The notes beneath the pieces were generated by a model. It saw nothing but the letters and a program-made list of their open reading frames with translations. It ran no database searches and was not told the origin of the DNA. A program made the position numbers and the translations under genes. DNA of 64,000 bases from an uncultured Candidatus Rokubacteria bacterium. GTDB taxonomy: Bacteria > Methylomirabilota > Methylomirabilia > Rokubacteriales > DASRDR01. Location of the stretch: NCBI GenBank assembly GCA_963805625.1, contig CAWDVE010000012.1:96001-160000 (forward strand), written 5' to 3'. This document shows, piece by piece, positions 39,360 through 49,319 of the stretch (position 1 is the stretch's first letter; every line of letters begins with the position of its first letter).

Positions 39360-42300
39360 TCATGTCGCCGCCCGCATCTCCGCCTCGGCCTGCTCCAGCC
39401 AGAAGGTCATGCCCATCTCGCGGTACATCGTCGTCGCGGCGGCGAGGTGCTCGCGGGCCTCCTCCCGCTTGCCGGCGCGCTGGTAGAGCTTGCCGATGCC
39501 GAGGTGGCAGTGGGCGACGAGGGGGCGCATGCCGAGCTCGCCGGCGAGGGCCAGCGCCCCGCGGTAGTGACCTTCAGCCTCGGCAGCGTCCTCGGCGCCG
39601 CCGGCGGACGCGACGTCACCGGCGAGGCAGAGGGCGTGGGCCTCGCTGCCCCGCGCCCCTAGCCGGCGGCTGAGCGTCAGCGCCTCTCGAGCGTGGCGGG
39701 CGGCCTCGGCGATCCGCCCGGCTGAGAGGCAGGTCATCCCCGCGCACAGCAGAATGAGCGTCGGCCAGCTGTGAGTCTGGCGTCTGCGGAACTCCTCGAC
39801 AGCGCCCGCGACCAGCGGGAGCGCCTCGTCAGCCCGGCCGGCGAGGGCGTAGGCGGCGCCGAGGGCCGCGGCGACGACCGGTATCCCGATGACGATCTGC
39901 CACGATCGGCAGAGGTCGAGGCTGCGCTCGAGGACCCGGATCGCGCGCGGGAGATCCCCGCGACGGAGGTGGACGCGCCCGAGACTGGACAACCCGAAGT
40001 GCAGCGTGTAGGGATGATCGGCCGCTTCCGCGATCTGCACGGCACCCTCGGCGTGCCCGATGGCCTCGTCGAACCGGCCGAGCTGGGAGAGCGCGTCGGC
40101 GAGCCAGGCGCCTGACGCCGCCGACTGAATGGCGGGCCCGCCAAAGCGCTCGGCGCGCAGGTCGCCCTCGAGCGCCACGTTTCGCTCGAGCAAGGTGGCC
40201 GCGGCGCTGAACTCGCCCCGGGTGAGGTGCGTCAAGCCCAGCAAGGTCGTCGCGACCACCTCGATCGAGCGATCGCCGAGGGTGCGCGCGAGGCTCAGGG
40301 CCTCCCGCCCGAATCTGAGGGACTCGTCGTACTCGCCCGTGATCCGGCACTGGGTCACCATGAAGGTGGCGATCCACGCGAGCCGGCGCGGGTCGCCCAG
40401 CGTCCGGGCGAGCCCCTCTGCCTCGTGGAGGTACTCCCCGATGCGCGCATACTCGCCGAGCGGGAGGAGCGCGTTTCGGAGGTCGAGCCGGAAGTCGATG
40501 GCCAGCTCGGTCGTCTCTCGGGTCTCGGGGAGATGGCGGAGGGCCCCGAGGGCCTGCTCCAGGTGGGCCACGGCCTCGCGGTTGGCGCCCCGCGCCATGG
40601 CTCGGAGCCCCGCCTGGCGGAGATACGCGACCGCCTTCTCCCACAACTCCCCGCGCAGGGCGTGATGGGCCAGCTGTTCCGCCTGCTCGGCGAGGCGCTC
40701 GGGCGAGAGCCGCTCGAGGGCCTCGGTGATCCGAGCGTGCAGGGCGCGCTGCCGGTCGTGGAGCAGTCCCTGGTACGCCACCTCGTGCGTGAGTGCGTGC
40801 TTGAACGTGTACTCAAGGTCCGGAAAGAGCCGGGTCTCGTAGAGGAACTCCGCGGCCTGGAGGTGCGCGAGCCCGCGTCGAAGGCCCTCCTCCGGAAGAT
40901 CGGCCACCGCCTGGAGCAGGGGGAACGCCACCTCTGTCCCGATGACGGACGCGGTTTGGAGCAGCAGTTTCTCGTCGGCGGGCAGGCGGTCGATGCGGGC
41001 GGCCAGAATCGCCTGCACCGTCGTGGGCACCTGGATGCTGGGCAGGGCCGTTCCCAGGCGGTAGGCCCCGCGCTCGCCGATCAACGCGTGGGTCTCGACC
41101 AGCGTGCGGACGCTCTCCTCCAGGAAGAACGGGTTCCCTTCCGTCCGCTCGATCAGGAGCGGAGGGAGCGGACGCAGGCTGGGGTCGTCCCCCAGGAGGA
41201 CGTGCAGGAGGGCCTCCGCGCCCTCGGGCGGCAACGGGTCGAGCCGGAGCTGGGTGTAGAACATCCGGCTCCCCCAGCCGTGCTGGTATTCGGGGCGGTA
41301 GTTGACGAGGAGAAGGAGCCGGGCGGTCGGGAGGCCCTCGATGAGACTGTCCAGCAGGGCCTGGGTCTCGGAATCGATCCAGTGCAGGTCCTCGAACACG
41401 AGGAGCAGGGGCTGCCCCTGCGCTTCGCGCAGCAGGAGCCGCTTGATCGCCTCGAGCGTCCGCTGGCGCCGCTGCGGGGGGTCGAGCGCCTCCCACGCAC
41501 CGTCCTCCACTGACACGTCGAGCAAGGCGAGGAAGGCGGGGAGGCTCGGCTCCAGGCTGCGGTCGAGCGCGAGGAGCTTGCCCATCACCTTCTCGCGCAT
41601 CCGTCGCGGGTCGTCACGCGCCTCGATCTGGAAGTACGCCTTGAGCAGGTCAACCACGGGCAGATACGGGGTCGCCTGCCCGTACGAGGCCGAGCTGGCG
41701 TGCAGGATGAGCCAGCCCGCGCTGCGATGGGAGTGCGTCACCTCCCAGACGAGCCGGGACTTCCCCACGCCCGGCTCCCCGACGAGGGCCACGACCTGGC
41801 CGTGCCCGGAGGCCGCGCGCCCGAGCGCCTGGCGCAGCTGCTCCACCTCGCGGTCCCGGCCGACGAACGTGGTCAGCCCCCGGGCGGCCGCCGCCTGCAG
41901 CCGCGTCCGGACCGGTCCCGCGCCGGTTACCTCGTAGACCTCGATGGGCGCGCCGAGGCCCTTGACCGACATCGGGCCGAGCGGCGTCACCCCGACGTAG
42001 CCCTCGGCCAGCCGGAGCACCTCGGCCGTCAGGAGGATCGACCCGGGTGCGGCCATCTGTTCCATCCGACCCGCCAGGTGGGTCGTCTGCCCGACGGCCG
42101 TGTACTCCATGTGGAGGTCGCTGCCGATCGAGCGGACGACGACCTCTCCCGAGTTCAGCCCCACTCGGATCTGGACCAGCACGCCCTCGGCCCGTCGCAC
42201 AGCCTCGGCGTACTGCTTGACCGAGTCCTGCATCCGGAGCGCCGCGTAGCACGCGCGCACCGCGTGATCCTCGTGGGCGGCGCCCCGAAGAGGGCCATGA

Positions 42301-42708
42301 TGCCATCGCCCATGACCTGGTTGACGGTGCCCTCGTAGCGGTGAACCGCCTCCATCATCCGCTCGAGGACCGGGTCGAGGAGCTTCCGCGCCTCCTCGGG
42401 GTCGCGGTCGGCCAGCAGCTCCATCGAGCCCTTCAGTCGGCGAACAGCACGGTGACCTGCTTGCGCTCACCTTCAAGGGCGTTCCGGGACGTGAGGATCT
42501 TCTCGGCGAGGTGCTTCGGGGTATAGACCTGGGGCGCCAGAGATGGACCGGGTGAAGAGTCTAGCGGCTTGCCGCACTCCAGACAGAACTTCGCGCCGGC
42601 CGGCAGCGCGGTGCCGCACTGGGCGCACGTGGGCGCAAGCCGGCTCCCGCATTCCAGGCAGAGCTTCGCCGGCGGCGGGTTCTCGTGCTGGCACCGGGGG
42701 CAGTGCAT
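39360..42708 (-). pseudogene. Double zinc ribbon + class III adenylate/guanylate cyclase + AAA ATPase + TPR protein, frameshifted near 42435 and 42275
   Basis: CPRCQHEN..CLECG; EGERKQVTVLFAD / GDGIMALFGAP / HEDHAVRAC / RVGLNSGEV split over three frames; GEPGVGKSRL Walker A; FEDLHW. Confidence 0.88.
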
Positions 42709-42962
42709 GCCCAACATTTCCCCGCGCAGAGTGCCGCCAGCCTAGCCCACCGGACCTCGGGGAGCAACCAGGACCTGCCCTGTCCGAGTGTATGCCTTCG
42801 CATGCGCCAACAGTCTCCTGTTAGGCGCCGAGCACCCCTCCTCTGCCATCACCGGCCGCCATCCCATCCCGGGAACTGGTCCCGAGTCCGCCCGGCCAGG
42901 ATCCGGCAGCCTGCATCCGGACCGTCCCTTCCGCCAATTGCCGCCCCGCACCAGGAGCCGCT

Positions 42963-43007
42963 GCCGCCAGACCCTGTCGCCGCCAGACCCTGTCGCCGCC
43001 AGACCCT
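42963..43007 (+). repeat. 16-bp tandem repeat (GCCGCCAGACCCTGTC) x2.8
   Basis: Read directly from the sequence. Confidence 0.8.
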
Positions 43008-43069
43008 TGACAGGGCGCGCGCCAGCCGCGCACCCTCGGGGCCAAGGGGGGATGTCTGCCAGCCCCCCT

Positions 43070-43095
43070 GGGGAAACAGCTGAGAACGAGCTTTA
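43070..43095 (+). repeat. dif/Xer-like repeat copy 1, left part (continues at 44204-44211 and 45785-45788)
   Basis: After removing the ISs: GGGGAA ACAGCTGAGAA CGAGCT TTATGTCGACT ACCC (11-6-11 core). The Xer assignment is inferred. Confidence 0.65.
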
Positions 43096-44201
43096 TTGAT
43101 CTTTGACTATGTAATGGATACACGACTCACGTCCACGGCAGGTCCGATGCGAGGATGCAGGACCACAGGAGGTGCTGGGACCCATGGACCCGACGGAACG
43201 ACCGCCGTAGGTGGGCATCCAATTGACGAAGGTGTTCCGGTGCGCCATTGGCCAAGTCATGCTTGAACTTGGTCCAGACGAACTCGTCGGGATTCAGCTC
43301 GGGGGCATAGGCCGGGAACCGATGCACGTGCAGCCGCGTGTGTCGGGTCAAGAACGCCGTGACGTCGGCGCGCCGGTGAATCATGCCACCATCCCAGAGC
43401 AGCTCGACCGGTCCGCGGAGGTGCCGCAGGAGGTGGCGCAGAAACACCACGACCTCCGCCCCGGTGATGTTCACGGGGTGGACGTGCATGTACAAGCCCA
43501 GGCGGGCGCGCTGGGGGGACACCGACAGGGCAGAAATCGCCGACAGCTTGTCGCGCGTGTAGCTGTGGCGTACCCGCGGCGTACACCCCACCGGCGCCCA
43601 GGTCTTCCGCATGTTCGGGATCAACAGGAAGCCGCTTTCATCGAGAAACACGAGGTGGGCCCCACGTCGGGCGGCGTTTTTTTATATCCGGCCACGTGTG
43701 CGTCTTCCAGTGTTCGATGGCCGCCTCGTCCCGCTGGCGCGCGCGCCGTTCGGGTTTCTGCCAACTCCAATGCAGGCCGTGCCGCAAGAGCTTCCACACG
43801 CCGACCGGACTGTAGCGTACGTCGAACTCCGCCTCGATCAGCGTGCCGATGCGCTTGAGCGTCCACAACTCGGTCGTGTGTCCGGCGGCCCGCGCGCCTT
43901 GGAGCAGCAACCGCCGGAGGCGCGCCTTCTGGGTCTCCGTCAACCGGGGCGGGCGGCCCGGCGTGGGCCGGGCGCGTAATCCGTTCCGCCGGTCGCGCCG
44001 ATACGCTTGCTTCCAGCGCACGACGGAGCTCACGGCCGCCCGGACCAAGCGGGCGACTTCGCGATATGGCGTGCCCACCCGCAGGAGCGCGATAGCCCGG
44101 CGTCGACGCTTTTCCAGTTGCTCGGCCGTGCCAGAAGGTCTCATGCCGATCAGCATAGTGAACCACAGGCTAACCGTATGCATTCTTTAGTAAATGGTCA
44201 A
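43096..44201 (-). mobile_element. IS630 family element 1
   Basis: TA duplication at 43094-95 and 44202-03; imperfect terminal IRs TTGATCTTTGACTA / TTGACCATTTACTA. Confidence 0.9.
43127..44144 (-). CDS. IS630 transposase (orfA/orfB joined by a -1 frameshift at A7, 43677-43683)
   Basis: HTH orfA ending DIKK; orfB with FLDESG, WDG and YAPELNPDE. Confidence 0.85.
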
Positions 44202-44224
44202 TATGTCGACTTCTATGAAGCGGC

Positions 44225-44645
44225 CCCCCGTGTCAAGCGATAGCGGCGTGTGTGGTGTCCCTCTCGTCCTCCCGTCCTAGGTCAGCGGTCCACGGCGATG
44301 GGACCTACGGTTCCCGCGAGGTTCAGTCATCCTTCTATTCGCGCTCGTCAGGGGCGAGCGGGGCTCGCCGGCGCATGAGGGGAGTCGAAGGGTGGGGACG
44401 CCATCTATGCAACGGCGCTCGAACAGCGGCCAAGTCGACATACGCGCTCACCCACCCGTCGAACCTGCGCGAGACCGAGGTGCCGCTCATCTCACCGACG
44501 CGGACTATGCCTGACTTCTCAGGGCTCGGAGCCTGACTCGGGTGAATCGCGATCGCCCAGTGGGCCCAGGACGCGTCCGTTGACCTGGACCGCTATCTGG
44601 GTATTCCCGAAATCGGCTATTTTCGCGTTCGCCATGCGCCGCCCG
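44225..44645 (-). ncRNA. Candidate bridge/seek RNA in the IS1111 3' non-coding region (limits approximate)
   Basis: Contains ATAGAAG (44332-44338) and TCCCATC (44297-44303) matching the predicted circle junction, and TATGTCGACT (44433-44442) and GTGGGT (44450-44455) matching the target flanks. Confidence 0.55.
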
Positions 44646-45689
44646 TCAGACGGGAGCAGCCGCCTCGGCCACGTGGCGCGGCACGACCCGTGGAGTATAC
44701 GTCGTCCCGTCGCGCAGCATCGCGTAAAGGATGCCGGCCAGGCGACGGGCCAGCGCGACGACGGCGATCTTCTTGCCACGGCGCGTGGCGATGCCCATGG
44801 CCCACCGCCGCAAGGCGACCGTCCGGGGATCACGCAGGCGCAGGATCGACACGGCCGCCTGGACGAGCAACCAGCGCATCCGGGTATTGCCAGCCTTGGT
44901 GATCCGCCCGCGTCGTTGACTCTCCCCCGAGCTCAGCTCCCTCGGGACGAGGCCGAGATACGCTTCCACGTCATGCGCCCGGTGGAAACGCCCGGCGTCG
45001 TCGATCGTGGCCACGAAGGCCGCCGCGGTCACCGGTCCCACACTGGGGACTGTCCGCAGGCGCTGGACTCGCACATCTGGGCGCGTGACGGCCTCGATCA
45101 CCTCGTCCGAGTAGGCGAGCTGCTGATTGACGGGCCGCATCACCGCCAGCAGGGGCGCCACCTCCGAGAGCAGGCGGCCCGGCAGCGGCAGCGCCACGAC
45201 GCGCCGGATGAACGTGTCCGCGCTCCCCGTGGGCACGCGCCACCCGTGGCGGCGCAGAAGAGCCCGGATCAGGGCGATGTAGCCGGTGCGCGTCCGAACC
45301 AAGGCATCGCGCACCGCCAGGCGCCCCCGCACATGCCGCTGCGCGTCCGAGAGCCGATGCGCCGGGCGGTACGCCCCCAGCAGGCAGGCCTCCGCCAGCG
45401 CCCGGGCATCCCGCCGATCGGTCTTGACCTTCCGGGTCCGCGTGGCAGACATCGGCGCGAAGTTCGGGTCCGCCACCACGACCTCGTGGCCCAAGGCCTC
45501 AAGGCAGCGCGCCACCCACTCGCTCTCCGTTGAGGCCTCGACGAGGATCCGGGCTCGCGGCCGGCCGCCCAGCACCTCCGCGAACCGCTCGGGCTCGGTG
45601 CGGATCCGGCATTCGCTCAATTGGCCCCCCTCGCGGAGGGTGCAGATCTGGCTTTCCTTCTTGTGCAGGTCGATGCCAACATAGTCCAT
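44646..45689 (-). CDS. IS110 family recombinase/transposase
   Basis: YVGIDLHK, VEAST, KTDRRDA (DEDD RuvC domain); VPSVGP, YLGLVP..SSG, ITKAGN. Confidence 0.93.
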   Translation of the reverse strand: MDYVGIDLHKKESQICTLREGGQLSECRIRTEPERFAEVLGGRPRARILVEASTESEWVARCLEALGHEVVVADPNFAPMSATRTRKVKTDRRDARALAEACLLGAYRPAHRLSDAQRHVRGRLAVRDALVRTRTGYIALIRALLRRHGWRVPTGSADTFIRRVVALPLPGRLLSEVAPLLAVMRPVNQQLAYSDEVIEAVTRPDVRVQRLRTVPSVGPVTAAAFVATIDDAGRFHRAHDVEAYLGLVPRELSSGESQRRGRITKAGNTRMRWLLVQAAVSILRLRDPRTVALRRWAMGIATRRGKKIAVVALARRLAGILYAMLRDGTTYTPRVVPRHVAEAAAPV

Positions 45690-45810
45690 GGCTGGCCCCC
45701 TCGTGCGCCCGTGAGCGCGTGTTCGCTCAGTGGGGCACTGTATGCCACCACGTCGAGCTGCGGGTCAGCCGCTTCATCCCATCTACCCACGTTCCCCGGG
45801 AGGTGTGCCC

Positions 45811-46269
45811 GTGCCAGTCGATCGCACGTATGCAACTGAGAACGATGCACAGCGGGAGCGGCTTCGCGCCCTTGTCCGGAGCCTCGGCGACCAGGACCTC
45901 GCGCGCCCCATGGAGGCCGGCTGGACGGTGGCGGCAGTCCTCGCGCACGCCGCCTTCTGGGATCAGCGGATTGTCGTCCTGCTCGACCAGTGGGAGCAAC
46001 GGGGCCCCTCGTGGACCCCGCCCCTCGAAGTGGAGCGCGATGGCGACTGGATCAACGATGCCGCGAAGGCGCTCTGCCTGGCCCTCCCGCCTCGCGTGGC
46101 GGCCGACCTCGCCGTCTCGGTCGCCGAGGCGGTGGATCGGCGGGTGGCCGCGGTGAGCGACGCCATCATCGAGGCGAATGCGCGGGCCGGCTCTCCGCTC
46201 AACTGGCACCGCGCGGAACACCGGCGCGAGCACCTGGACGAGATCGAGCGAGCGCTCCGCGGCGCCTGA
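45811..46269 (+). CDS. DinB/MDMPI superfamily protein
   Basis: GWTVAAVLAHAAFWD and HRREHLDEI motifs; GGAGG RBS. Confidence 0.8.
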   Translation: MPVDRTYATENDAQRERLRALVRSLGDQDLARPMEAGWTVAAVLAHAAFWDQRIVVLLDQWEQRGPSWTPPLEVERDGDWINDAAKALCLALPPRVAADLAVSVAEAVDRRVAAVSDAIIEANARAGSPLNWHRAEHRREHLDEIERALRGA

Positions 46270-46297
46270 TCCCCCGATGCGCTTCTCCGGGCCCCCG

Positions 46298-46323
46298 GGG
46301 GAAACAGCTGAGAACGAGCTCTA
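46298..46323 (+). repeat. dif/Xer-like repeat copy 2, left part (continues at 47398-47409)
   Basis: Reconstructed GGGGAA ACAGCTGAGAA CGAGCT CTATGTCGACT ACCC; 37 of 38 bp identical to copy 1. Confidence 0.65.
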
Positions 46324-47395
46324 CTAGTCAGTCCGACACTTGGCGCATGAAAGAAGGAGCGAACCAGGCCGGTCGCGCTTGAATACCCGCCAGATCCACC
46401 TGGACGCGGCTTCGAAGCGATTCGTCTTTCCGCAACGGGGTCTTGCTGACGCCTTGGCGCTTGAGGTGGTTCCAGACGAACTCGTCGGGGTTCAACTCCG
46501 GCGCATAGCCGGGCAGGAAATGCAGCTCGAGGCGACCGGCAAGCTGCTGGACGTACTGCGCGGCTACGTTGGCGATGTGCGCGGGGTGGCCGTCGAGGAC
46601 GAGGAACACGGCGCGCTTGCGCCCGCGCATGAAGTGCGTCAGCAACTCGACGAACCGTGGGGCGTTGAGCCGTTCGGTGTAGATCTCGTACCAGAAGGCG
46701 CCGCGGGCGTTGACGGCGGAGATGGCGCTCACGCTCTGGCGCCGGCCGCTCGTGGGGACCTCGGGCGTCTGCCCCCGCAGACCCCACGTCCGCCCGAGGA
46801 CTTGGTCGGAACGGACCCCGGCCTCATCGAGGAAGAAGATCTTCGCGCCGACGCGCTTGGCCCGCGCGCGCAGGCGGGGGAACACCGCCGTTTTCCAGTG
46901 CTCGATCGCCACGGGATCGCGCTCGTAGGCGCGGCGCAACGGTTTCTGGGGCGTGATGTCCAACTCGGTGAGGAGGCGACCGACGGCGGTCACGCCCAGC
47001 CGCACGCCGAACTTCTGTGCGATCAGCGCCGCTACAATCTGCCGAGTCCAGAGGCCAAAGTCGAAGCCGTACTGGCGCGGGTCCTTGCCATTGATCCATC
47101 GCCGGACCTGGAGCTTCTGGCGCGGCGTCAGGGCCGGCTGCCGCCCCGGATGTGTTCGCGCGGTGAGCGCCGCTGGGCCGCGTCGCCGCACCGCGGTCAG
47201 CCATTTGTAGATCGTGGTGCGACACAACCCATAGCCTTTGATGACGTCGCTCGGCGCTTCGCCTTCCTGCACGCGCCGCACGGCCATGCGCCGGATTGTC
47301 TCGGAGGTCTCGTGCGACAGGGTCCGCCCGTCGATCCGCATAACCCTTCATATCACAATCCGAGCGCAGTGTAGCCTAAAGACAGGACTGGTTAG
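46324..47395 (-). mobile_element. IS630 family element 2
   Basis: TA duplication at 46322-23 and 47396-97; terminal IRs CTAGTCAGTCC / CTAACCAGTCC. Confidence 0.9.
46328..47341 (-). CDS. IS630 transposase (single ORF; possible frameshift in the last ~15 codons)
   Basis: FLDEAG, VLDGHPAH, YAPELNPDE. Confidence 0.9.
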   Translation of the reverse strand: MRIDGRTLSHETSETIRRMAVRRVQEGEAPSDVIKGYGLCRTTIYKWLTAVRRRGPAALTARTHPGRQPALTPRQKLQVRRWINGKDPRQYGFDFGLWTRQIVAALIAQKFGVRLGVTAVGRLLTELDITPQKPLRRAYERDPVAIEHWKTAVFPRLRARAKRVGAKIFFLDEAGVRSDQVLGRTWGLRGQTPEVPTSGRRQSVSAISAVNARGAFWYEIYTERLNAPRFVELLTHFMRGRKRAVFLVLDGHPAHIANVAAQYVQQLAGRLELHFLPGYAPELNPDEFVWNHLKRQGVSKTPLRKDESLRSRVQVDLAGIQARPAWFAPSFMRQVSD

Positions 47396-47415
47396 TATGT
47401 CGACTACCCCCAAGC

Positions 47416-47530
47416 TCAGGGTGCTTCGTTGAATGCCGCGGCGTGGTTGGTCGGCGCGACGTGCCCTCCTCCAGGAATAACAATGAGTCGCGACCCCGGA
47501 AATGCAGCGATGGGCCGTCTCCGCCGCAAG
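47416..47530 (-). pseudogene. Alpha/beta hydrolase 3' remnant
   Basis: FPGSRLIVIPGGGHVAPTNHAAAFN (catalytic His region). Confidence 0.5.
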
Positions 47531-47620
47531 CGCCGAGATGCACAGGAACCGCTAGCTACGGTTTCAGCCACGGTGAGCCCGTCGTGACCAAAATGGTGTT
47601 CGCTAACTATCGAAAAAGGC

Positions 47621-47665
47621 TGGCGCGCCTGGAGGGAATCGAACCCCCGACCCACGGCTTAGAAG
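47621..47665 (-). repeat. att core: perfect 45-bp copy of the tRNA-Arg 3' half
   Basis: Identical to 63535-63579. Confidence 0.95.
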
Positions 47666-48244
47666 TGCGGGAAGGGGTTCCACGACCGCACGGGACCAAG
47701 TGCGACGGGGTATGACTGGACAAGGAGTTGCGTCGAATTCTGACAATACCGATGGTGACCGGACCGTACCTATTTCGACGCTGAACCGGCACTACGACCG
47801 GCACCGGCAGTCGCGCCAGGATAGGCGCATATGCCGCTGATCGAGGCCCCCCACGGTCCGACCCCAACGGGGGGTCGGGGTCGCGACGCTGGGCTGTCGC
47901 TGGCAAATTTTGATTTCGCAAAAAAGGGGCGAGACCCTCCAGCTGGCTAGGTGCCAGGCCCCTCCTGTGATCCCCGCCAATGGGAGCATGTCCCCGCACG
48001 GTGCTCCGCGCGGTCAGCGCGTCCGCCTGGGTCTGCGCTTCGGCCACCGTCCCTACACCCGCGACGATGACGGCTCCTAGGGCGCTGAAGTCCTCCTGAC
48101 TGTGGGGAGCCCGGAGCGTTTGCGGGCGGCCTCCGACGTCAGTCGGCGCTTCCGGCGGGCCCCGATCTCGGTCGCGACCTGGCCCAGCTGCTCCGGCGGG
48201 AACAGGGCCCGCATCTCGTGCGCGCCCGTCTGCCACCGCCGGAC

Positions 48245-48348
48245 CCCGGGCACCGCCCACAGCCGGCCACAACACCGCTGCCCAGCAACAGCAGGCTTGA
48301 AGGCTCGGGGACAGAAAAGTACCAAACAATGCTGACCCCCATCGTCAT
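48245..48348 (-). pseudogene. PEP-CTERM sorting-signal remnant
   Basis: WYFSVPEPSSLLLLGSGVVA, with no upstream protein body. Confidence 0.6.
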
Positions 48349-48374
48349 TCCTCGCACTTTCCCATCCGACCTAT

Positions 48375-49319
48375 TCAGCGATGTTCCTTGGCCACGACGA
48401 TCAATGGATACTGCCCATAGAGGCCAAAGAATCGCGGGAATAGGCTCTCGGCCACGAACAGCAGGCGAAGTGCGATGCGGACGAGAATTCCGCTCCCGAA
48501 ACGCTGGAGGTTTCCGAGGGTGCGCCAACCGCGCACGTCGTGACGGAATGGCCACTCCTTCCCAAAGAACCACTCCCGGCTATGGGCGTGGTAATAGAGT
48601 CCGGCCCCCGCAGTCTTTGGGGCCGGTGGCGCTCCGAGTCGATTCAGGAGACGGGACAGGCCCGCATTGAGGGGCGAGTAACCCCAAGAGTAGATGATCG
48701 CTGCCCTGCCCCCGGGTTTCAGCACGCGATGGAGCTCCGTGAATGCACGGCCCTGCTCGTCGGCCGGAATGTGATAGATCGTGTGGAATGACACGGCCGC
48801 ATCGATCACGTCGTCCTGCAAAGGCAGGCGAGTTAGGTCGGCCAGGAGATACACGCCACGATCGCCGAGCTTCCGTCTGGCCTCGCGAAGCGCCTCGATC
48901 GAAAGGTCGAGGCAGAGGCGCCGCTCGAAGTGCTCGTGGAAGCGCATGTACTCCGGGTAGGGGATCGGGCCACTCGCGGCGTCGAGCAAATACCGCCCTC
49001 GCCGTGGAAGGAACTTTCGCACCCGGGCGATGCAGCGCGCTGTGTAAGACCACGATGACTCGCGCTGGTCGGTGAAGGTCTGCACCTCCTTGTATGAGGC
49101 ACCGACCGATTGCCAGCCAAACGTGTCGTAGTACCGCTGGGTCGCCGCTTTCTCATCGCGAAGTGACGCGCCTTCGTCCAGCGTCGAAAGAAAGTCGACA
49201 ATGCCGTCGATGATCCGGTAGCGATATTTGCCGCTCGCCGAAACGAGCACATCGCCGTCGAGTCTGAGCTCTTCTCCGGACACGGGGCATCGAAGGATCG
49301 AGATGACGTGCTGATTCAT
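48375..49319 (-). CDS. SAM-dependent methyltransferase with an N-terminal Trm112-like domain
   Basis: ILRCPVSGE...YRIIDGI; LLDAASGP; ELHRVLKPGG; AGGGAGG RBS. Confidence 0.85.
   Translation of the reverse strand: MNQHVISILRCPVSGEELRLDGDVLVSASGKYRYRIIDGIVDFLSTLDEGASLRDEKAATQRYYDTFGWQSVGASYKEVQTFTDQRESSWSYTARCIARVRKFLPRRGRYLLDAASGPIPYPEYMRFHEHFERRLCLDLSIEALREARRKLGDRGVYLLADLTRLPLQDDVIDAAVSFHTIYHIPADEQGRAFTELHRVLKPGGRAAIIYSWGYSPLNAGLSRLLNRLGAPPAPKTAGAGLYYHAHSREWFFGKEWPFRHDVRGWRTLGNLQRFGSGILVRIALRLLFVAESLFPRFFGLYGQYPLIVVAKEHR

Larger units (their letters stand above)
44212..45784 (-). mobile_element. IS110 family element, IS1111 subgroup
   Basis: Perfect 10-bp sub-terminal IRs (44215-44224 and 45768-45777) placed 3 and 7 nt from the ends. 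~430-bp 3' non-coding region with TTGACA near the end. Excision restores TATGTCGACT-ACCC as in repeat copy 2. Confidence 0.85.
35866..47665. mobile_element. Degraded tRNA-Arg island B (no integrase; pseudogenes, IS elements, dif-like repeats)
   Basis: Lies between two att copies; cargo is decayed. Confidence 0.65.

Noticed and set aside
44401-44417. Alternative IS110 end at CCATCTA (also at 45779-45785) with an 8/10 IR
   Set aside because: The outer end at 44212 gives a perfect IR, canonical 7/3 spacing, a TTGACA box and restores the repeat. The inner match is more likely part of the RNA, though a nested end is not excluded.
44433-44460. A third, inverted dif-like site (pdif-style alternation)
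   Set aside because: It lies inside the IS1111 non-coding region and the XerC-side arm and spacer do not fit. It is better explained as a guide or stem.
26799-47665. Three additional tRNA-like sequences
   Set aside because: Each has only the 3' half, from the anticodon loop to CCA, with no D-arm or 5' acceptor strand. They are att remnants.
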